Below are positions 10,801-20,059 of a DNA stretch of 41,977 bases, one piece after another. The translations under genes and the position numbers were made by a program. The notes below the pieces were generated by a model that searched no databases, was not told the origin of the DNA, and saw nothing but the letters and a program-made list of their open reading frames with translations. The stretch is from sequence record DRR723986_6626; one strand, given 5' to 3'. Numbering within the stretch: the stretch's first letter is position 1; the number at the start of each line of letters is the position of its first letter.

Positions 10801-11440
10801 GCCAATAACCCAGCGCAAAAAGCAGCAACAAATCTATAAAGTAAACTGAGGCCGGACCAAAATGCATGAACGTCAAAGATGCCGCCAGGCTTGCTGGAGT
10901 GCTGGCCGGTACAAATCGCAAAAGCAGGAAAACTGCGCAAACGAGCAGGAGACTGACTGCAACTGCAAGTTTCCATTCTGGCTGTTTGTTAAATACCCGA
11001 AATTCGCGCCGTGCCAGGAAACTGATAGTTAGCCCACTGAGCAGCAAAAGTGAATGTGTTAACCCGCCTGCCGTCCAACTCCAGACATGTTCAACATTAC
11101 TTGTAGCGGAGCTTTCGCCCAGCTCATTCAGAAGGGTCGCAACGTGTTGCAAATCGACAATGCCGGCACATAAAAATGCTAGACCCAACCAAAGGTTTAG
11201 GCCAAATCTTTCTCTGCGATAACGCAGGATTAGCATCATACCAACCAGAAGCCCCGCAAACGTATTTACCGGGTGTAATAGAAAAACACTTTGGGTATAG
11301 AGGGAACTCTCAAAAGCTGAGAGCAAGGCTACAAGGCCCACAGTTGCCAGGCCTACGGCTATGTAGATGTACACCCTGAAGTGCAACTCTGGGCGAAGCA
11401 TTGACTGCACACCTGCAAAGGGCTCGTGTTTTTTATACAT
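7811..11440 (-). CDS. Membrane-bound hybrid sensor histidine kinase (MASE3-like, FixL-type heme-PAS, 2 further PAS, HisKA, HATPase, degenerate REC, REC); HK2
   Basis: SHEIRTPMN, NAIKFT, GGTGLGL and LMDCQMP motifs. PAS-A LMTPPHETNHDQYINNY resembles the FixL heme-PAS. N-terminal GLAF...DLQH and WSW motifs. Confidence 0.93.
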   Translation of the reverse strand: MYKKHEPFAGVQSMLRPELHFRVYIYIAVGLATVGLVALLSAFESSLYTQSVFLLHPVNTFAGLLVGMMLILRYRRERFGLNLWLGLAFLCAGIVDLQHVATLLNELGESSATSNVEHVWSWTAGGLTHSLLLLSGLTISFLARREFRVFNKQPEWKLAVAVSLLLVCAVFLLLRFVPASTPASLAASLTFMHFGPASVYFIDLLLLFALGYWRKDLFQHCVLIAITVSVASSFAQGVFLESNFHDATSFASIFGLLRVTIVIFGLHISTAHAFQNLSREVAEREAAVKSKNLSESLYKSILETMQDGQIIIDQKGTIREFNPAAEKMFAYSSAEAIGQNIRILMTPPHETNHDQYINNYRQTGVKQILDKKREVTAKRKDGSIFRMEMAVTELQLDGERLFSGVLRDTTERWKIQENIKRRERLLNVTGSLARVGGWELNLQTQSIQWSDEVFHIHELPVASPPKLADAINFYHPEDRNKVAEYVTRLIESGEAGETEARLVTANNNELVVRLFGRVLQKDGRSIKVYGAMQDVTAINQIKHEQQHFFDVSLDLICILTPDGQFRQVNPSWFEVLGWSSEELMALPYLAKIHPDDLEHATATQVELAAGVEIKTFNNRFQCKDGSYRWLAWRARFDKSLKLIFAVARDITDVKQKEAALVAARTEAESATQAKSQFLASMSHEIRTPMNAIIGMSALMLDTNLDAEQTDLAHTVSQSAEALLDIINDILDFSKLEAGKLHVENIEFHLQNAVNGVANLLALRASQKGIEFSANISPDVNRIVKGDPVRLRQILTNLVSNAIKFTEKGSVKIECSLKSAESDGKICVHFEVKDTGIGIPDDAHERIFESFTQVNTSTTRRFGGTGLGLSISRELVSVMGGQIGFSSQLNVGSTFWFDLTFDLAEPEDLAVLEQKLQGMLNGLSVILIDGNEQERQDLTSHFQRWGAEIRAFPSREATQIAIDNQEFCKRKTALIVINSDSYEVAELEKTIGNDERCRQTQLLILCDAKQKPAMQALVPTAGVVGKPVRLASFLQSLNKVLQHSDLRTESAHALSDIPKLATSSRILLVEDNLVNQKVALKMLHKLGIQADCCMNGLEALQAIERAEYDVVLMDCQMPLLDGYDATRRIREREIKQSSKQLTIIAMTANAMTGDRERCLAVGMNDYISKPMRLKDVRETLLRWIPAVSHAESPHAGHPLNKKNDNSKNIG

Positions 11441-11835
11441 TCAGCTTTTCCTGAGTTGGGTATACACAGATAGTCTGCCCGGACGAAGAGCGGAAGATTC
11501 TACAAGTTGTACTGAACCGATTCAAACCGACTTGAGATTCTCGGTACAGCGGCATACAAAAACAAGCACAAAAACGACCGAATTGAAGCCTTGGCAATCG
11601 ACCAGGAACAAGAACATCAGGTCATGATGCGGCTGCACCTGACTTAAAGATTTAACAATGTTACTTGCATGCGGGACGTGCGTAGAATACAACTTCAATG
11701 TAACTATGGTGAGTGAACAAGTCAATTAGTTTACGCGTAAAAATGCAGCCGGGCAGCACCGGATCAGCGCAGAAAGGTAGTATTTGTTTCAAAAAAGGAA
11801 TGTTGGGTGATTCAAACAATTGTGCATCGTCATAC

Positions 11836-14800
11836 TCATTTTGTTGACCGCATTTTGTCCGACCAGCGTAACAAGGCTTCACGTAAGTCATTCAGACGCA
11901 TTGGTTTACTGATGTAGTCATCCATGCCCGCTTCCAGGCAGCGCTCGCGGTCGCCCTGCATTGCATTGGCCGTCATCGCAATAATGGTTTGTCGTGATGT
12001 GCCGGCCTTTTCCAGGGCTCGGATAGCGCGTGTGGCATCAAATCCGTCCATTACGGGCATCTGGCAGTCCATGAGCACAATATCGAATCGAGATTCCTGG
12101 ACTGCACTTAGTGCCACCTTGCCATTCTCTGCACAATTTGCTTTCAGCCCTAACTTGTCTAACATTTTCAAAGTTAGTTTGGTGTTGACCGGATTATCCT
12201 CCACAACCAGGACTTTAAGGGAGCTGTCTAATTCAGCAGGTGCGGGCTCTTCAGTTGTCAGCATAATCTGATCTGAGCTGCGCTCACCAAACAGCAGCAT
12301 CACAGAGTCCAGGAGTCGCGAGAGTTTGATCGGCTTAGGGATACAAATTGCATTGGGGAAAGAGCGCCGCAGGGGAGTTTGTTCATCTTCTTCTGTCAGT
12401 ATCAGCAACTGGAGTTTCGACTTGGCAATCAACTGTTCAAGTGAGCCGTCAAATTCCTGCTTGTTTAAAGTTTTTCCATCCACAACTGCCAGTTCGAAAG
12501 CTCTTCCGTCATCAGTAGTGCTGTCAACCAATGCATGCAAGTCGTTTGCAGTCAAAAAGTAATTAACGTTAGCACCCCAACGCGTGAAGTGTATAGCCAG
12601 GTCATCCTGTTCCTGTGGGTCATCGACGTGTAACATAACGCGACTACCGGCAAAGATGGTTTGTAGGCGGTCATCAATCTTCTGGTCTTTATCCTGATCA
12701 TCAATATCAAAGGTCAATGAGAACCAAAAGTGCGAGCCTTTCCCTGGAGCACTGCTAAAGTCGAGTGATCCGCCCATCAGCTCTACTAATTCCTTGCTGA
12801 TTGCCAGGCCTAAACCGGTACCACCGTACTTTCTTGTAGTCGAAGCATTCACTTGTGAAAATGCTTCAAAAATGCGAATCCTGGCTTCCTGAGCAATTCC
12901 GATGCCTGTATCTATGATGTCAAAACGCACTTTGAGGTGCTTGTCGCCATTTTCAGCCGGAATCTCCTCGACTGAACAATTCATGTCAACCGAACCATGT
13001 TCGGTGAATTTGATCGCATTACTTAACAAGTTTGTTAATATTTGACGTAGACGAATTGAGTCACCTAAAACCAGACGCCGCGCTTCAGGATTCATTCGCA
13101 TCCTGAATTCTATGCCTTTTTCCTTGGCTCTGAAGGCCAGAAGATCAAAGACACTTTCTACAACACGTTGCAAGTGGAATTCGGCGCGCTCTATCCGCAG
13201 CTTCCCGGCTTCAATCTTTGAAAAATCAAGAATGTCATTTAAGATCGCCAGAAGAGAGTCGGCTGCCTGACTAACAGTCCAGGCCAGGTCTTTTTGTTCA
13301 TTGTTCAATTTTGTATCCAGCAGCAAAGCGCTCATGCCAATAATCGCATTCATGGGCGTCCGAATCTCGTGACTCATGGAGGCCAGGAACTGGGACTTTG
13401 CCTGCGTCGCAGTTTCGGCTTCCTGGCGGGCGACTTCCAGAGCATTCCGCGTCTTCTTGTCCTCGGTAATGTCGCGTGCTACAGAAAAGGTCAAATTCAT
13501 TCCCTTGTCATATGTAGCGCGCCAGGAGAGCCAGCGGTATGAACCATCTTTGCACCTGTAGCGGTTATCAAATCTGGTTACAGACTGATTAATCAGTAGC
13601 GCCTCAGCTGCTTCCATAGTGCGTGTAATGTCATCGGGATGCACCAAGTCCATATATGGGCGGGAAATTAGTTCTTCCTGACTCCACCCAAGTACATCAG
13701 TCCAGGTTGGGCTTAACTGCCTGAAGATTCCCTCTTTGGTAGTGATGCAGATCATGTCCAGTGAAACATCAAAGAAATGTTGTTGTTCATTTCTGAGCTG
13801 ATTCAGCAAGGTCACATCCTGAAAGGCACCAAAAATCCTAACGATTCGCTTATCTATGCGGATTGACTTGCCAAAAACGCGCACATAAATTTCACGTTTT
13901 TTGGCGGTGATCATACGCAATTCGGTAGCATAACTCTCACCAGTTGTGATAAGTTTGTTAACCAAATCCGTAATCTTTTCACGGTCATCCGGGTGGTAAT
14001 AATTAATTGCATCAGCCAGCGGTGGTGTCGCGCCAATTGGAAGCTCGTGAATCTTAAATACTTCGTCCGTCCAAAGCAGCTGATTCGTCTCAAGGTCAAG
14101 TTCCCAGCCACCAACATTTGCCAGGGAACCAGTAGCGTTTAACAGGCGCTCACGACGCTTAAGGTTTTCATCCGCCAGCCACCTGGTCGTCGTATCCCGC
14201 AGGATTCCACTAAAAAAGCGCGTGCCTTCCAGCCACATTTCGGCCACGGAAAGTTCCAGCCTGAATGTACTGCCATCGCTTCTACGGCCTTCTACCTCGC
14301 GATTAACTCCAATAATCCGTCTGACACCCGTTTCAAAATAATTCTTCAGGTACGTGTCATGATTGGCGTGATTGGGCTCCGTCATAAGAATGCTAACGTT
14401 GCGCCCGATAACCTCATTGGCTTTATACTTAAACAGGCGTTCAGCGGCAGGGTTAAAGTCCTGGATAATACCGCCTTCGTCGATAGTAATCTGTCCATCG
14501 ACCATCGTCTCCAAAACCGAACGATGTTTAACCTCACTGGCATTGAGTGACTTTTCTGCCTGTTTGCGTTCTAACACTTCCTTGTTTAACTGCAGGAAAC
14601 TGGAAAAGGTATCTTGCATTAGCCCTACAAAAACACAGCCATTACTGATAAGCACGAGGAAGTACGAAGACAGATGGGCAAAATGCCGTGAGTCTTCAAA
14701 AAATGCAATCAAGTTGACGTCGACGACAAGGTTAATAATCAGGGCAATTGTCAACCAGTGCTGAAATGGATTTTTGGCCCAACTCTCAGAGCGCAGCATA

Positions 14801-15402
14801 ATAAAGATCGCAAGGCCAAATAGCACCGCAGGTATAAATTCAAGTACATTCAGGTTCAGCGCAACCTCAAACCCCAGAAAGGGTAGGAGTGTGATTGATT
14901 CCATCCCCAGAGTCAACAGAATTGACAGACCTGCTACCTTGAATTCAAAAAAGCGGTTGGCCGGCCGCTCAATTTGTTTTTCGATAGCACGCAATGAAAG
15001 AACCATCATGCTGGCCAACATGATCCGCGCGGCTGTCCAACTCCAAATAATTCCAAAGTCGGTAATGTCATTCGCGCCTTGTAATTCCTGGGACAAAAAG
15101 TAGGAATGCTGTACGTCTAACAGACCGATGCACGCGAAGCCGACGCCAATAAACAGAAAGTGCGGTTCGCGGCGACTGAAGTAGCGCACCAGAACAATGA
15201 CTCCAAGCAGGACGGCCATCAGCGCACTTAAGGCCTCGACCATTAGAATCAGTTCCAGGCTTGAAGCACCGCCCCATTCCAGCGCACTGTAGGATACTCC
15301 AACCGTGGAAAGCAGCACAAATACGTAGGTCAGCAGGCGATTGCGTGATTTTGATTCTTGCCAATGGTTCTGAAGTGCTGTTTGGCTTGATTTACTAGAC
15401 AT
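11836..15402 (-). CDS. Membrane-bound hybrid sensor histidine kinase (MASE3-like, FixL-type heme-PAS, 2 further PAS, HisKA, HATPase, 2 REC-like); HK3
   Basis: FLFIGVGF...LLDVQH and WSWTAAR (MASE3-like), LMTEPNHANHDTYLKNY...IIGVNREV (heme-PAS-like), SHEIRTPMN, GGTGLGL, LMDCQMP. Confidence 0.93.
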   Translation of the reverse strand: MSSKSSQTALQNHWQESKSRNRLLTYVFVLLSTVGVSYSALEWGGASSLELILMVEALSALMAVLLGVIVLVRYFSRREPHFLFIGVGFACIGLLDVQHSYFLSQELQGANDITDFGIIWSWTAARIMLASMMVLSLRAIEKQIERPANRFFEFKVAGLSILLTLGMESITLLPFLGFEVALNLNVLEFIPAVLFGLAIFIMLRSESWAKNPFQHWLTIALIINLVVDVNLIAFFEDSRHFAHLSSYFLVLISNGCVFVGLMQDTFSSFLQLNKEVLERKQAEKSLNASEVKHRSVLETMVDGQITIDEGGIIQDFNPAAERLFKYKANEVIGRNVSILMTEPNHANHDTYLKNYFETGVRRIIGVNREVEGRRSDGSTFRLELSVAEMWLEGTRFFSGILRDTTTRWLADENLKRRERLLNATGSLANVGGWELDLETNQLLWTDEVFKIHELPIGATPPLADAINYYHPDDREKITDLVNKLITTGESYATELRMITAKKREIYVRVFGKSIRIDKRIVRIFGAFQDVTLLNQLRNEQQHFFDVSLDMICITTKEGIFRQLSPTWTDVLGWSQEELISRPYMDLVHPDDITRTMEAAEALLINQSVTRFDNRYRCKDGSYRWLSWRATYDKGMNLTFSVARDITEDKKTRNALEVARQEAETATQAKSQFLASMSHEIRTPMNAIIGMSALLLDTKLNNEQKDLAWTVSQAADSLLAILNDILDFSKIEAGKLRIERAEFHLQRVVESVFDLLAFRAKEKGIEFRMRMNPEARRLVLGDSIRLRQILTNLLSNAIKFTEHGSVDMNCSVEEIPAENGDKHLKVRFDIIDTGIGIAQEARIRIFEAFSQVNASTTRKYGGTGLGLAISKELVELMGGSLDFSSAPGKGSHFWFSLTFDIDDQDKDQKIDDRLQTIFAGSRVMLHVDDPQEQDDLAIHFTRWGANVNYFLTANDLHALVDSTTDDGRAFELAVVDGKTLNKQEFDGSLEQLIAKSKLQLLILTEEDEQTPLRRSFPNAICIPKPIKLSRLLDSVMLLFGERSSDQIMLTTEEPAPAELDSSLKVLVVEDNPVNTKLTLKMLDKLGLKANCAENGKVALSAVQESRFDIVLMDCQMPVMDGFDATRAIRALEKAGTSRQTIIAMTANAMQGDRERCLEAGMDDYISKPMRLNDLREALLRWSDKMRSTK

Positions 15403-15930
15403 TTACGCTCCGGAATTTTGCAGACTATCCTGCACGCTCTTATGGTAGAAATGCATTTGAAAATGCACAGGATGTCCGTCCGCCACAAGCAAGCCCGCAA
15501 TTCTCTTTGCCACGCCGACTGCAATAGAAAACTTTCAATTTTTGACTTTGGTGTAAGCCGTTTAGGTCCACCCATACGAACATCGTGGAATATACCTCCA
15601 CTTCGCTGATGCATGCAATCTCTAAAAGCCCTGATTTTAGGCAATTTTGCTCAGTTAATTCGCAGCATTACGAAAATGGAACATTTTCGTACTCTTGTTT
15701 AGCGCATTTACTCCAATGCAGCATGTTTCAGCATTCTCTGACCGTTTTATAGCAGCAACAGCCGTTTTTTGTTAGTTGGTGATTCAACAGTTAGGTTCCG
15801 CTGAGCAAATCCAGAGAGTCTGCAGATCAAAATTCTGCCAGTGTCTATACCTCTTGAGCGCGGCAAATTCCGTAGATTGTGGTGCATTACGCTAGATCGA
15901 GTTATGAATTGTTATCAGGGAGCAGGGGAA

Positions 15931-17991
15931 TTGGCACAAGCATTAAGTGAATCATACCTCCAACAGATACTAGATAGTAGCAATCCAATAGATTTCAGTC
16001 GAGTAAATGTTGATGATTTTCAACCGACAATCGAAAGTTACCTGGACAGAATTCAAGAGGTTTCGCGTACAATTAGTGCCAAAGGCGACTCGGTAAGCTT
16101 TGATGATGTTTTCTTGCCATTAGAACAACTCGAAGCCGAACTCAACACATTGGTTTCTCTGTTTTACATATTTCTGAGCAATGGACTGAAACCAGAACTG
16201 GTTGAAGCCAGTAGTGCATTTTTTGCAACATTATCGGAAATAAACAATGACATGATGTTGGATGCGGCACTCTTCAAAGGTATCAAAACGGTCTATCTAA
16301 AGTTCGAGAACGATCCTTCTGTTCCGCATACAAAGAAGCGCCAGGTAAAATTGTACTATCAGGATTTCCAGCGTAATGGCGCTACACTGAATGACGCCGA
16401 CAAACAGAAACTTCGTCAGATTGATGTGGAGCTTTCAGGACTCGGCCCGCAGTTCGATCAGAACGTTCTTCAGGCTACCGAAGCCTTCTCTCTGGATGTA
16501 ACAGATAAGTCTATTCTGACTGATTTATCAGAAAGCCAATTGGAATATGCGCGGGCACAGGCCGCTGATGCCGGTGTTGAAAATGCCTGGCGTTTTACAC
16601 TTAACAACGCCAGTTTCATACCATTCATGAAACACGTACCTGATTCGGATCTGCGCAAAAAAATGAGCGTAGCCTGGGAAAACCTGTGTTACAAAGATGC
16701 GAACTTCGATAATACCGAACTGATTCCACGGATTGTCAGGCTGCGGCAGGAACGCTCGCAATTGCTCGGATTTAAGAGTTTTGCGCACTATACTCTTCAG
16801 GACCGGATGCTCAATTCACCTGAGAAGGTAGATGAGTTCCTGCAGAACCTGCTAACACGCCTTGAGCCGGCAGCACGCCACTTACACGATACACTGGCGG
16901 ATTTTGCGCCAGAGTTCGTTGAAGACGGAAAACTCAACAGCTGGGACAGGGGCTTCCTTCTGGAGCGTTACCGCAAGTCCACAATTGACCTGGATGAAAA
17001 GGAAATCCGTCCATACTTTGAATTGGATGCGACGCTGAACAACATGTTCAAATTTGTGTCGGAGACCTTCGGTGTGCAGGCCAGTCCCTGCGACATTCCG
17101 CTTCCGCATGCAACGGTACGAACCTACCGGGTTGATGACGAGTCCGGCAGTTTACTTGGCTACCTCTACCTTGATCTGTTTGAACGCAAAGGCAAACAAC
17201 AGGGCGCATGGTGCAGCAGTTTACGGCCACAGCATAAAATGACCGGTATTGACGTACGCCCGCACGTATACCTGACCTGCAATTTTCAAGCGCCACAGGG
17301 AGACACTCCTGTTTTACTTAGTTTTCTAGAGGCCGAAACGGTTTTCCATGAATTTGGCCATGCCTTGCACAACTTTTGTTCAATGTGTGAGTTTCCATCC
17401 CTGTCCGGCACAAGTGTTAGCCTCGATTTTGTGGAGTTGCCCAGCCAGCTCATGGAAAATTTCCTGATGGAACCCGAGAGTCTCAAGTACATTGCGCGCC
17501 ATTTCCAAACCGGTGCGGAAATGCCGGCGGACTTGATTAACAAGATTCGGAAAAATCGCGTAATTGATGCGGCGCATGGTCGCTTGTTTGAGTCACTCTA
17601 TTCGATCATAGATCAGCGCTGGCACACTCCAGAAGCCTTAAATGAGCAGGATCCAGTCAAATTTGAGGCCGAAATCATGCGTGGATTTGACATTTGGCGG
17701 CGTGTGCCAAATGCAAATTTAAGTTGCTCATTCTCACACATTTTTACTGCAGGATACGCCGCCGGTTTCTACAGCTATATGTGGTCAAAAGTTTTGGATG
17801 CGCATGCTTTTGAGGTCTTCAAGAATAACGGTGTAGTCGACAAAGCCACGGCACGGAAGTTTCGTGATGAGATTCTGGCGCGCGGAAATGAAGAGGATCC
17901 CGAGATATTATTCCACAATTTCAGCGGCAGTCAGCCCGATGTAACGGCCTTGCTGCGTCGCGAAGGACTGCTGGAGGCAACACCACAATAG
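15931..17991 (+). CDS. M3A family metallopeptidase (oligopeptidase A/Dcp-like), divergent paralog
   Basis: FHEFGHALH zinc motif, DFVELPSQLMEN, FSHIFTAGYAAGFYSY. Start is uncertain (TTG 15931 after GGAG, or ATG 15904). Confidence 0.9.
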   Translation: MAQALSESYLQQILDSSNPIDFSRVNVDDFQPTIESYLDRIQEVSRTISAKGDSVSFDDVFLPLEQLEAELNTLVSLFYIFLSNGLKPELVEASSAFFATLSEINNDMMLDAALFKGIKTVYLKFENDPSVPHTKKRQVKLYYQDFQRNGATLNDADKQKLRQIDVELSGLGPQFDQNVLQATEAFSLDVTDKSILTDLSESQLEYARAQAADAGVENAWRFTLNNASFIPFMKHVPDSDLRKKMSVAWENLCYKDANFDNTELIPRIVRLRQERSQLLGFKSFAHYTLQDRMLNSPEKVDEFLQNLLTRLEPAARHLHDTLADFAPEFVEDGKLNSWDRGFLLERYRKSTIDLDEKEIRPYFELDATLNNMFKFVSETFGVQASPCDIPLPHATVRTYRVDDESGSLLGYLYLDLFERKGKQQGAWCSSLRPQHKMTGIDVRPHVYLTCNFQAPQGDTPVLLSFLEAETVFHEFGHALHNFCSMCEFPSLSGTSVSLDFVELPSQLMENFLMEPESLKYIARHFQTGAEMPADLINKIRKNRVIDAAHGRLFESLYSIIDQRWHTPEALNEQDPVKFEAEIMRGFDIWRRVPNANLSCSFSHIFTAGYAAGFYSYMWSKVLDAHAFEVFKNNGVVDKATARKFRDEILARGNEEDPEILFHNFSGSQPDVTALLRREGLLEATPQ

Positions 17992-18045
17992 AAAGACCTG
18001 ATAAGTATGCACTTAAGGTCGGCGGCCGTGCGTCAAGAATTCTCC

Positions 18046-19719
18046 ATGGATAAAGGTTTTCAATATGAGGAGCAACTGCTTGACCGGCTAAAACGCACCA
18101 GCGATCAGTTAAACCTGATTCGTGAGTTAGTCGATGACGAGCAGAATTACAAGTCGCCCCAAACATTTATCGCGATCATAGATCGCGGTTTACGTTTGGC
18201 GCGGCGTGCCCGCAAAAAGTGGTTTGCCGCCTACTTTTCACTGGCCAAAGCGCGCTGCTATTTTGATCAATGGCAGGAGCACCTGGCCTACGATTTTCTC
18301 TGTGATGCGCTACGATGGTTCCGTCAGGTGCGCGATGACGAGAATGTCATCCGCACTCTCTTGTTGCTGGCCGACTACCACCGAGTTGCCGGCGACAGTG
18401 AAAAGACGCTGGAGTACTGCAATGACCTCCTTCAGCTTTTGGAACGCCGCGATGACGTCAAATCGCTGGCTTATCTGCGTTCTATGGTTATCCAGAGTGA
18501 TATTCTGGGAGAAGCCGGCGACTTTGTGTCGGCCTTTGATTTGCTGTATCAGGCGCTTCAACTCAGTCAGGGACAGAAGGATCCCGGTTTTCTCAGAGAA
18601 CATGCCAGGGTAACGATGCACTTTGGCATTGGGTACCTGCGCATGGAGCGGCATGCCAAGGCGACCGAATATTTCCAACATGCACGCGCCAGTGAAGAGC
18701 ATTTGGATACGCGCGACCTGGTCCGCTTGTATATGAATATCGCCAATGCGCGCAGTGTGGGGGAAGATGCAAACTATGAGGAGGCCCTTAAGCTTTACCA
18801 GCGTGCGCGTTCGATCGCCAAGACGATATTGGGCGCGCGTTACACCTTACCTTCGTTACTCGTCAATATTGGCGCATCGTACACTAAGATGCAGCAGCAT
18901 CAGTTGGCTCTTGAGCATTATAATCGCGCTGATGATCTTGCTCGCACGATGACGTACAGGCCATCGCTGTTTGCAATTATTCACCTTAACCGCGGCGCCA
19001 CATATATCCAGATGCAGCGTTACGTGGAAGCTTCTGCCGAGCTTGATGAGTCTGCCGCTCTGGCCAAACGCGCTAATGATGTACGCGTACTTGAGCGATT
19101 ACACAAAAATCGAACAGATTTATATGAGCGCCAGGGAAAGTACAAACAAGCCCTGGAAGAGTTCCGGCAGCATGCGCATCTGCGCGCCGAAGTGTACAGT
19201 CGCGAAAAGGAAAGTGCAGTTCAAACCATTGCGCGACGGATAGAACGTGAGAGCCAGCAGCGTAAAATTTTAGAGTTGGAGCAGCAGCATGATAGCGCAG
19301 CGCGTGAACTGGAAGCAAAAAACCTGCAGCTTACCCGTAATTCCGCACTCCTGAAGCGTTTGCGCGAATATCTGGAGTCACTCGAAAAACAAGGTGATGA
19401 ATCAAGGTCAGAGCTGATTTCATTGATGCTGGAACAAGTTCAGGAGGGGATCGACACTAAAGAAACCTGGGCGGTTTTTGAGAGAGAATTCGATAAGACT
19501 CATAATGATTTTGTTACGAAACTGCTGCAACGCTTGCCGGAATTGACGCGGATGGAAGTAAAAGTCTGTATTCTGACACGAATGAATTTACCTCCCAAAT
19601 CCATCGCCGATATTCTCTTCGTCTCGATACATACCGTCTACACACACACGCGCAACATTCGCAAAAAAATAGTGCCTGCGCCGGCGGACGGGCTTGCATC
19701 GTATTTGGCACAGGTGTAG
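18046..19719 (+). CDS. Tetratricopeptide-repeat protein with a C-terminal LuxR-type HTH (transcriptional regulator)
   Basis: Multiple TPRs (YMNIAN, LVNIGA, HLNRGA), coiled coil, then LTRMEVKVCILTRMNL...IADILFVSIHTVYTHTRNIRKK. No TM segment. Start 18046 or 18007. Confidence 0.88.
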   Translation: MDKGFQYEEQLLDRLKRTSDQLNLIRELVDDEQNYKSPQTFIAIIDRGLRLARRARKKWFAAYFSLAKARCYFDQWQEHLAYDFLCDALRWFRQVRDDENVIRTLLLLADYHRVAGDSEKTLEYCNDLLQLLERRDDVKSLAYLRSMVIQSDILGEAGDFVSAFDLLYQALQLSQGQKDPGFLREHARVTMHFGIGYLRMERHAKATEYFQHARASEEHLDTRDLVRLYMNIANARSVGEDANYEEALKLYQRARSIAKTILGARYTLPSLLVNIGASYTKMQQHQLALEHYNRADDLARTMTYRPSLFAIIHLNRGATYIQMQRYVEASAELDESAALAKRANDVRVLERLHKNRTDLYERQGKYKQALEEFRQHAHLRAEVYSREKESAVQTIARRIERESQQRKILELEQQHDSAARELEAKNLQLTRNSALLKRLREYLESLEKQGDESRSELISLMLEQVQEGIDTKETWAVFEREFDKTHNDFVTKLLQRLPELTRMEVKVCILTRMNLPPKSIADILFVSIHTVYTHTRNIRKKIVPAPADGLASYLAQV

Positions 19720-19814
19720 ATTATCTGGACCTACTTGATCGAAAGTCCAGTGTTACCACACAAAAAATGGCCTCTCGAGAATCCCACCCACGCTACGATT
19801 GTAAATAAATCACA

Positions 19815-19836
19815 AAAACTACCAAAAAAATACCAA
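19815..19836. promoter_or_regulatory. 11-bp direct repeat AAAACTACCAA / AAAAATACCAA, candidate operator
   Basis: Two adjacent units one helical turn apart, between the TPR-LuxR gene and the second M3 gene. Confidence 0.35.
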
Positions 19837-20059
19837 ATCAGTCGTACTTAGGTGCCGCTGACATAGCGTAAATTTCACTATCACAATGTGATGAATTTGT
19901 TCTATCATTTGCGGGCCAATAGTACTACCGCCTGATGACCCTCACGCGAGTGCCACGCGGAACATGCGGGTTCAAAAGATAGTGGATTGTTTAATTGCCC
20001 GATTGGGAACTACGAGCTTGAGTTGACGCTTCATTGCGCCACTTTTTCAGGGGAACCAT

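Noticed and set aside
11441-11835. Small ORFs between HK2 and HK3
   Set aside because: Non-ATG starts or overlap with neighbours, and no recognisable features; treated as promoter spacer.
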